Assembly: GCA_030324005.1 (NCBI GenBank)
Contig: JARDVH010000025.1
Span: 67,170,687 to 67,234,686, forward strand
From: Negaprion brevirostris
Taxonomy: Eukaryota
DNA: 64,000 nucleotides
Direction: 5' to 3'
This document shows positions 55,016 to 64,000 of this stretch, piece after piece; within the stretch, counting starts at the first letter, position 1; each line of letters opens with the position of its first letter. Under the pieces are notes generated by a model, which made no database searches, was not told the origin of the DNA, and saw only the letters and a list, made by a program, of their open reading frames with translations. Position numbers and translations under genes: made by a program.

Positions 55016-55814
55016 TCTAGCATGCGCAAATGAGCCACACTATGAGCCAGACTGACAATCTTAAATTGAATCATATTTATTTTTACTCTGTGCAATAAGA
55101 GAAATAGAGACAAACTGACCAAGAGAGATGTGGAATGATACAAGGCCTAAAGCAGCATTGAGCAGATACAGGCATCACTACCTGTTGGCAGTAATCCAGG
55201 TCATTTATTTTAAATCGAATTTTCATAAGAGTACATTCATATATAGATTTTATGAAACCATTGCACATTATTGTCCTGTGCTTACATTGATATTCAGGTT
55301 TCCTGGTAAGGCTATGTTTGTACCGGAAGAAATATGAAGTGTAGAGACAGTTGATTTGTCTTGGTGCTGAGGGATTAGCTAGGCTTGGAAAGGAAGAGAG
55401 CACACTGAATAAAAGGGCGGGATTTTACAAGCCTCGCTCCCGCCCAAGGCCAGTGGAGATTCCGAGCCACAAGCCTTTATGAATCAGCTCAGAACATCAT
55501 AAGCATATGAAAGATGCTCTATAAATGCATATTCTTTCTCTGATTGTGATGTCTACTTTGGTGGAATTTATTGATACTGGCAGTTCAGGGAAGATGTTTG
55601 CCTCTCCCTGACCTGGAGTTCAGAACACATTCTATTTATTTCACCTTTAATAAAGTCTTAACAATTCTTAATAAGAGAACCTTACAACTACTCATAATTA
55701 ACGCAATGTTGAATTGGAGTGAGATTCAGCGTAGCTGTGCCAATGGATGAAATGTGTTTTTCTTCATAGGCATATTGCTTGTCTGTTAATTTATCTCTAC
55801 TTTTTCATTTATGG

Positions 55815-56070
55815 AGGTTTTGTGGCACAGTGAGTAGTGTCCCTGTATCTGAGTCAGAAGCTCTAGGTTCAAGTCCCACCCCAAGACTTAATGGTCAAGG
55901 AAAGTGCATTCAACATGTGACAAAACAGATTGAGTGTCAACCTTCAAATCCTTCCACCTCGCTAATGGGTTGGCGGTAAGAGTGAAAGAGAGATTCCTGG
56001 TTAGCCATTTGTTGCAGAGAAAGTTGGAGCTCCTATCATTACTATCTATAACTCCAGACTATGACATGAA
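55815..56070 (+). mobile_element. tRNA-headed SINE relic
   Basis: A-box-like gtggcacagtgag and B-box-like ggttcaagtcc. Confidence 0.55.
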
Positions 56071-56170
56071 TACAATACAGTAATTTTGATTCCTTGAATG
56101 ACCTGAACATTGCCATGACATTTTCATTACAATTTAGCACAGAAAGAAATACCCACTAAATTTTTTAATT

Positions 56171-56979
56171 GGGCTGAATTTTCCTAACATTTGTTAGTGT
56201 GTCAGGTTCAGACTGAATACCAGTGTGTATCAATCCAGATGCACAGCCAAGTTTTCACTCCAGAGTTTCTGGCACTCAGTACGCCCTGGTGGGGTGGGGC
56301 CTGTTAAAACTGGNNNNNNNNNNNNNNNNNNNNNNNNNNNNNNNNNNNNNNNNNNNNNNNNNNNNNNNNNNNNNNNNNNNNNNNNNNNNNNNNNNNNNNN
56401 NNNNNNNNNNNNNNNNNNNNNNNNNNNNNNNNNNNNNNNNNNNNNNNNNNNNNNNNNNNNNNNNNNNNNNNNNNNNNNNNNNNNNNNNNNNNTCAAACAC
56501 ATGCCACGTTTGAAGGTTCATTTTATTAAAAATACTCTTCTGGGACACAGTGTAAAGGAAGCATATCAGGTACTTCACAATAATATAGTTGTGTTCTGGA
56601 AGATTCGGTATTATTTGCTTGCAAATTTGTGTGATCTACCCCCACGCAGGGATCGGGGCATTCCCTACTCCCCTCCCACGCGAGAATTGGTGCATCACAA
56701 CTGGTTTTCATTTTTGAAAACCAGCAGTGTTTGGCGCCCACATGACATCCCACCACTAGGTGAGACAATGTGGAGGAAGGACAGAAGTAGCGGCATTATA
56801 CCCTATAATTAGATTCAAATTTATTTTAAAATATGTTAATCAGATCCAAACCCTTTCTGGGCATGAACCTGATAATGCCAATGGAGGGGAGCAGGGAAGA
56901 TTCCAAACCAAAATCTCAGTGGTGCAAATCCCATTTTGGGTCTCTGACAAGAGTTATTGCCAATACAAGATTTGCGCCC
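56171..56979. mobile_element. MITE-like TIR element
   Basis: gggctgaatttt ... aagatttgcgccc. Confidence 0.4.
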
Positions 56980-58584
56980 GTGGCTAGCGTGGCCACTAGA
57001 TCATGGTCATTGGCTTCAAGAATTATTCCCTAAATTGTTCTTCATCAGTATTTTTTATCTTTGACTCCAGAAGAGCAAACTAAACTTAATGCAAATTAAT
57101 TTATAATTTATATATTGTAAGTAACTGAATATGAGAAATCTATCACAAACTAAGCAATGATATTCAACATGAATTACAGTTAAATTCAATTATTTGCTGT
57201 GTTATACTATTTGCCAAACATGCTGCACACATAACTGGAATTGAGCACAATGTAGTGTGATGCTGGTAGTGCAAAGACTACAACACTTATAATAGTCAGT
57301 ATCCTCCTCCTGTCTCTCCTTCTTGTGAACGTACCTGCCTTTAGGAAAAGGATCAGTATAACTGTGAATGACAGCTTCCCATTAAATGAGAATGAGAATG
57401 ATTAATGACTTTCTGTCAAGCAAGAATTTTCTCCCGATAAATTCTCTTAAGCACAAAGTGCTACTTGTATCCTAATGTCGGCTAACTAAGAGGGAGAACA
57501 AGAAAGCTCCCATAACAATTGGCATTAAAAAAGCCTTTTTAAATTATGCCTTTTTAGTTGCCTCAGCAGCCTGAAGCAAACAAATGCTGAAGAATGCTCG
57601 TGGGAGTGCAAGAGGATATTTGTGGTGCTGAAATGTGGGCAAGGGGCCAAAACAAGCAGCCTGATGTCATCTACGGTGTAAAGAGGCTTTGCAAACAAAA
57701 TGAGCACTTGAGCAAAGGTGAGGCCCAAACAACTAAGCGACTACTGAAAATCTGTACAGTATGTGACAAAATTAGGATCAAATCAACACCATTTTTAATA
57801 AAAAAAGGTAGAATAACATTTGAAGACGTGCTAACAACATTAAAATTGCGTTCATGTGATGTCCATTCACAATACCTATTGATACTGACAGCACTCCTGT
57901 ATACATTTACTTCGAAAATATCCATTTCACTCTGAACTTTTCAAGTTGCTTTTCCACAGACTTTCTCTCCACCAACATGCAACAAGAATGCAGGAAAGTG
58001 AAATTTTTTGGCCTGTGTTGTTATTCCAGGATCCTTGGTTCTGGTCCCCAGATCAAAATTCAGCACCATCAGAGATCAAAGCTGCATCCTGCGAATCTAA
58101 TGCACCACATGCTGATGTCCCAGCATATTACTTAACATCTGATTTGTCATTCCATTCCTATCTTTTAAGAATAGTTTATTATCATAAACACAGAATTTCT
58201 GTTCTGTTAACTACATAGATGATGAGAAATGACATTTTGTACTCTTTATAGAACTGTCAAACACCACATGCCATCTTGTTACGTGGTATTTCACATGTAT
58301 ATTGGAAGTAGCACGTAGGGATTGGAAAACTTCTTCAAAACTAACTGAAGATTATTTCTCTTTAAACTGCAGTACAGGTTTTATTGTTAGTTTTAACCAT
58401 CCTAATAATGCACATGCCAATAACCTCATTTGTTATATTTAGGAAAGGAACCAGGTTTCTGAAATCATACTCTCCCAAAGTCCATTGGGTGAGTAATTGG
58501 GATCTTCTTTGTCTGTTTCTTTGAGTGCTAACATATCTCCTAAAGCTCTAAATGATCATTTATGGCACGTGCATGAACTTTGAC

Positions 58585-59520
58585 CATGAGATATAGGGAC
58601 AGATGTGGCCATTTGACTGATTGTCTGCTTCACCATTCAATGAAATCATGGCTGATCTGGTATGATAATCCTCAATTCTACTTTCCCACNNNNNNNNNNN
58701 NNNNNNNNNNNNNNNNNNNNNNNNNNNNNNNNNNNNNNNNNNNNNNNNNNNNNNNNNNNNNNNNNNNNNNNNNNNNNNNNNNNNNNNNNTGTTATGATAA
58801 TCCTCAATTCTACTATCCCACCTTATTCCCATCACCTTTGATTCCCTTACTCTTTGAAAATCTGTCTCTCTCAGTCTTGAACGTACTTAATGATCCAACT
58901 TTTACAGCTCTCTGCGGTGAAGAATTTCACAGATTCACCCTTGGACAGGAGAAATTCCTTCCCATCTCTGTCCTAAATGAGCAGCCCCTTACTCTGAGAT
59001 TATGCCCTCTGGTCCTAGACTCTCCCACAAGGGAAAACAATCTCTCAGCATTTGTCCTGTCAAGCCCCCTGAAAATTCCGTATGTCTCAACATCACCTCT
59101 CATTCTGCTAAATTCCAAAGAGCACAGGCTCAAATTACTCAACCTCCTCGCCTAAGAAAATCCTCCATATGCCGGGTCAACATAGTGAATCTTCACTGGA
59201 CTGTCTCTGGTGCCAATATATCTTTCCTCAGGTAAGGGGACCAAAACTGTTCACAGTTTTTCAGGTGTAGTCTAACTAGTAGTGTCATGTAAAGTTTTAG
59301 CAAGAGTTCCTCATTTTTATACTCTATTGCCTTTGAAATAAAGGCCAACATTCCATTGCCTCCCCTATTTCTTCATGCTCGCTTTTTATAATTTATACAC
59401 AAGGACCCCCAAATCCCTCTGTGCTGCTGCTGCCTGCAGTCTTTCTCCATTTAAATGATATTTACCTCCTTTATTCTTCCGACCAAAGTGCATAATTTCA
59501 TGTTTTTTACATTATAAACT
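58585..59520 (-). mobile_element. CR1 LINE 3' portion
   Basis: LCSLEFSRMRGDVETYGIFRGLDRTNAERLFSLVGESRTRGHNLRVRG. Confidence 0.9.
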
Positions 59521-59929
59521 TATGGGGCAAATCACATCAGACAACATGTTGGTGCGGGTGTTAACATGCATATAGTTTATGGCCTTTAAAATTATTCAGA
59601 GCAGGAAGATCATGGTATTAATTAGCCTGTAATACCTGATGTGACAGCAGATCTCAACACTCCACTCCTTTTGATCTCACATTACCGAACACATGCTCAG
59701 CAATAGGGCAGATGCTCTCACCACTCCTACATAAAAGGATTATCAGGTTCTTACAGGTGAATTGTTGGTTGATTTGTTCTGGCTGATGCTTCAATGCTGC
59801 AAGTGTTCGGTTCTTTGTATAGTTGTTTAAAATTTCAGAAGTCTACAGGGATTGGCAGGTGTTAAAGGAGTTTCTGCTAATTTCAAAGATTCTGCGCAAA
59901 CTAGTGGCTCCCAGCTATGGGTTAATCCA

Positions 59930-60965
59930 TAGCCATTCCCCTTGGAATAGAATATGACATAGGAAATGGACAGAGCAGGAGAAGCTGCTGGTAGAGGAAG
60001 GAGGGGGAGAAATGCTCTCAACAGAAAGCTATGCCAGCCCAGGCTGCTCAGAGGATAAGTCTCCTCCTAGAAAATCAGTGAGGAACAAAGTGTGAGATGT
60101 CTGTTCTTCAGTAAAGACAGCCTCATTGAAATCTGCTCCCTTCCACAACTTCAGAGGAGTGCAAGGATAGCATTAACCATGGTTATGAAGTTGACTGTGG
60201 TTTTGAATTTTTACGGGTTTGGTTTCTTCCAGGGCAGAGTTGGAGATATTTGCAACATCTCACAGTTTGCATCCACTGATGGGTTAAGGGGATGGTCACA
60301 GAAGCCCTCTATCTGATTAATCTCATCACATTTCACTCTCACTTGCTAGACAGGAGCAGGCAGATAAAACATGTTATTTTGTGAGGACTGCCAGTTTCCC
60401 TGTTGCACAGGGTGCCATTGACTGCAGGCAGATCACTCGTGCATGCTGCATGTCAAGTCTTCCCTATACCACAACCATAAGCCACATCACCCTCAACATC
60501 TGACTGATGTGTGACTATAGGCAATTCCAGTTGCATTTAAGCATCTTCAGAAAACGAAAGGCTGCCACATAGGGCAACAAGGGCTATCCATTGGAGAGAC
60601 TGTTGATGACTTCAGTGCACAATTCACACATACTCTGCAGTACATATAAAGTGAAAACAATGCTGCCATATGAAATGTGCTAGAATAGACCATTAGCTCG
60701 CTGAAACAATGCTTCCTTTCTCTGGAGCACACTGGAAAAGCCCTGCAATACTCGGCAAAGTGCAGGTCAAGATTCATGGTAAATTGCTGCTTGCTGCATG
60801 ACCTCACCAACATGAGGGAACAGGCGTTGTCTTCAGTTTGTACATTGAACACCTTGACAACAGCAGTGTGAGGATGTGGACAAACAGGTGCATCAGGGAG
60901 AGGGAGGAAAAAGGACGAGAAGGAGCATAAGGAGGAGAAGAAGAAGGAGGAAAAGGAGGGAGAAT
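59930..60965 (+). pseudogene. PIF/Harbinger (HARBI1-like DDE) transposase relic
   Basis: KLTVVLNFYGFGFFQGRVGDICNISQ; FPVAQGAIDCRQI (60396-60434); GNKGYPL; NVLE*TISSLKQCF..ALQYS..CCLLHDL; acidic tail; stops and frameshifts. Confidence 0.88.
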
Positions 60966-61354
60966 GTAACATATTCATCCCTTTCTGGCTGAATTGTCTG
61001 TAAGGAACCCATTTGAGTGTTATAACTGTAATGACAACCCAATTCCACATTGACCAACACTTCCGCAACTTACCTTACTTTGTCCATGGTCATGGACACG
61101 GACTCAGTCACAATACAAAAATAAAAGCCATCTCAAAAAAACATTCCAAATCTACTTTGCAAATTAAACCATGCTACATTATATACAACAGTAACTAATC
61201 ATCATTGTGCATTCCCTTGGTATCTGTCACCCCTTGTACCTTTTTATGCCAATACTCCAACAGAGTGTTTGTCAGTGGCTGCAGCATAGCTGGTGGAAGG
61301 CCATTGACTTACATTGGGGGAGGCTGCAAATGGTCTTGGAGAATGACCTCAATC

Positions 61355-61595
61355 AGCTCCTGCTGGTAGAGGAAAGAGGGGGAGAAATACTCTCAGCAGG
61401 AGGCTATTTCAGCCCAGGCTCAGAGAACAATTCTCCTCCCTGAGAATCATTAAGGAACAAAGTGTGAGATGTCTGTTCTTCAGTGGAGACAGCCTCACTG
61501 AAATCTTCTACCTTCTACAGCCACAACTTCAGAGTAGGGCAAGGACAGCATTATCCATGGTTGTGAAGTTGACTGTGGTTTTGAATTTTTACAGG
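61355..61595 (+). pseudogene. second copy of the Harbinger transposase 5' segment
   Basis: Diverged direct repeat of ~59980-60215 (RCLFFSGDSLTEIFYLLQPQLQSRARTALSMVVKLTVVLNFY). Confidence 0.8.
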
Positions 61596-63009
61596 TCTAT
61601 GGATGCACCATTTCGGCATGTGTGGCACACATCTGGCCTGGCTGGCTGACAGGTGACAGCAAGGGTAGGTGTGAAATGGCAGGGGTGGATAAACAAATAT
61701 TGCCTTCCTAAGAGAGTACAGCAGGTTCAAGGTCCATGGAGCCATTGCCGTTCTCCATGGTAGTGCAGTCCTGGTAATCTGTTGGAGGATAAGTTGTTGG
61801 ACAACTGTGACACCTTGCAAAAGGTTCATAGACAGCTGATTGATCCTGAGATCACAAGTATTAGAAGCAGAAATGGATCATTTGGCCCATGCAGCCTGTT
61901 CTGCCATTCAGTAAAATCAAAGATCTGTCTGTGGCCTTAACTCTACTTTCCTGCCTGCCCCTTTAAATCCATGGCACCCTTGAAGATCAAAGACCTGTCT
62001 AATAATCTAGGTTTTCTTGACAATTCCCCTCACCTCACTAATTTTTAACATGGCTTGTTCCGTACTCATAAAGCATTTTAGCTTGTGGCATAGCTCTAAA
62101 CTGCCAAAACCTTCACGGAGGATAACAGTGTTAATCTGCTGAAACTAAAATTTCAATACGGAAAAACAATGTTTTAACAAAGAAGTTACACAGAGCACTG
62201 ATTCTAGACACAGACTGATCTTGGATTCCCTGGGGGCAGGCAGCACCACACAGCTCTAAACAAACAAATTTCTCCCCTTAAACATTTAACTGTTCAAGTT
62301 TTTTCCATAGGAATTTTAAACAACTTTAATGTAACCTCCTACACTATTTCTTTCGATCCGTATTAAGAAAATAATGAGACAATTTACCCGAAGGCTTCTG
62401 CTCATGCTTCTGTTAAACTAGTCATTAAGACCACAAAGTTGCAGAAGACTGGCTTGGTTTGACTTGCATGAAATCTCTTACTCAATGTTTGTGGTGAAGT
62501 CTACCTTAAATCTTCCAATAACCAAGATCACTAATTTGAGAAATAGAATAGCTGTTGTATTTAAAAGTTTTGTATGATGTACATTGCTAGGAGATAGAGA
62601 CATTTGATTAGTAGCAAAGTACAGGAGATGGGATTATTATTTCTCAAATGACTGAAATTGCTCAAATGCTATACATTAACTGCTTAACACTATATTCTGC
62701 ACCCTTTCCTTTCCTTCTTCTCTATGTACTCTATGAATGGTTTGATTTGTCTGTATTGCGCTCAAGAAACAACACTTTTCACTGTATCCAATACATGTGA
62801 CAATAATGAAACAAATCAAACTAAATCATGCTGAGGGCAAGATTAACATATCTGATACAGAAACAGAAAATGCTGGAAACACGTAACCCATTAGTCGGCA
62901 TTTGTGGAAACAAAACAAAAGCTAAATAAAGCCAATCCAACATTTCAAGTGTTTACATCCAAAACATTGTCTTTTTCTGTTCTCCATTGATTGACCTGCT
63001 GTATATTTT

Positions 63010-63775
63010 CAGAACAAAGAACAAAGAATGAAGAAAATTATAGCACCAACCATGCTACCTGACTGAACTAAAACCCCCACCTTTCCCATCCTACACATCC
63101 TTCTGGTAGTGCAGCGACCAGAATTGAACATTATATTCCAAGTGCGGCCTAACTAAGGTTTGATAAAGCTGCAACATAACTTGTCAATTTTTAGATTCAA
63201 TGCCCCAGCCGATGAAGGCAAGCATGCCGTATGGCTTCTTGACTACCTTCTCCACCTGTGTTGCCACTTTCAGTGACCTGTATACCTGAACACCCAGTTC
63301 CCTCTGCCTATCAATACTCTTAAGGGTTCTGCCATTAATGTATATTTCCTAACTGTATTAGACCTTCCAAAATGCATTACTTCACATTTGTCTGGATTAA
63401 ACTCCATCTGTGACCTAGTGTTGTCAGACTTTAAACTCCATCTGCCATCTCTCCACCCAAGTCTCCAATCGATCTATACCCAGTTGTATCCTCTGATGGT
63501 CCTCATCGCTATTCACAAATCCACTAAACTTCGTGTCATTCGCAAACTTACTAATCAAACCAATTATATTTTCATCCAAATATTTATATATATTACAAAC
63601 AGCAAAGTCCCAGCACTGATCCCTGAGGAATGCCAGTTGTCACAATGTCACTCAGAAACACATCCTTCCACTGCTACCCTCTGTTTTCTATGGCCAAACC
63701 AGTTCTGTATCCACCTTGCCAGGTCACCTCTGATTCCATGCAACTTTACCTTCTGTACCAGTTTGCCATGAACTT
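63010..63775 (-). mobile_element. CR1 LINE RT fragment
   Basis: Minus strand encodes IPQGSVLG and KFANDTK-like motifs; (gaacaaa)n tail on + strand. Confidence 0.8.
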
Positions 63776-64000
63776 TCCCTTAATTGGTTCACATTTTAGG
63801 TAACTGCAGAACTTTCCATTGGTTAAAACTATTTCACTAGGTACTCTGGTTTTCTGGTTCCCACGTTCTGGTTTCACTTCTATTGGAAAGATTTGGATAT
63901 ATTGGCCTTCCCTACGTTAGAAACCTGTAAACAGGGAGCATTCCCAGGGCCTTAATTTGCTTGATGGTGAATATCTGATGCAATAAAAAAGAGTAAATAC

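Noticed and set aside
58660-58820. Direct repeat tatgataatcctcaattctac on both sides of a gap
   Set aside because: Most likely an overlap artefact at a 100-N scaffold gap.
45273-64000. Runt-domain exons
   Set aside because: Searched by eye for TVDGPREPR-type coding sequence and found none; presumed outside the window or in a gap.

Overview
Eukaryotic (shark/elasmobranch-type) genomic DNA with many N gaps. The window holds the 3' half of a Runx2 gene on the minus strand: three coding exons (45272-45096, 33705-33541, 11243-10765) that splice in phase and end in VWRPY, plus a ~4.3 kb apparently repeat-free 3'UTR. Only the last exon appears in the ORF track; the Runt-domain exons were not found and presumably lie beyond position 64000. 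The introns contain decayed CR1/L2 LINEs, tRNA-derived SINEs, PIF/Harbinger relics, MITE-like elements and Penelope-like fragments with decayed hammerhead motifs. The most unusual signal is a ~300-330 bp retroposon present three times. It has a U2 snRNA 5' head ending at the branch-point recognition sequence, a second internal U2 stem-loop mimic, two tandem hairpins sharing the same outer arms, AATAAA and a poly(A) tail. All calls are by eye; no searches were run.
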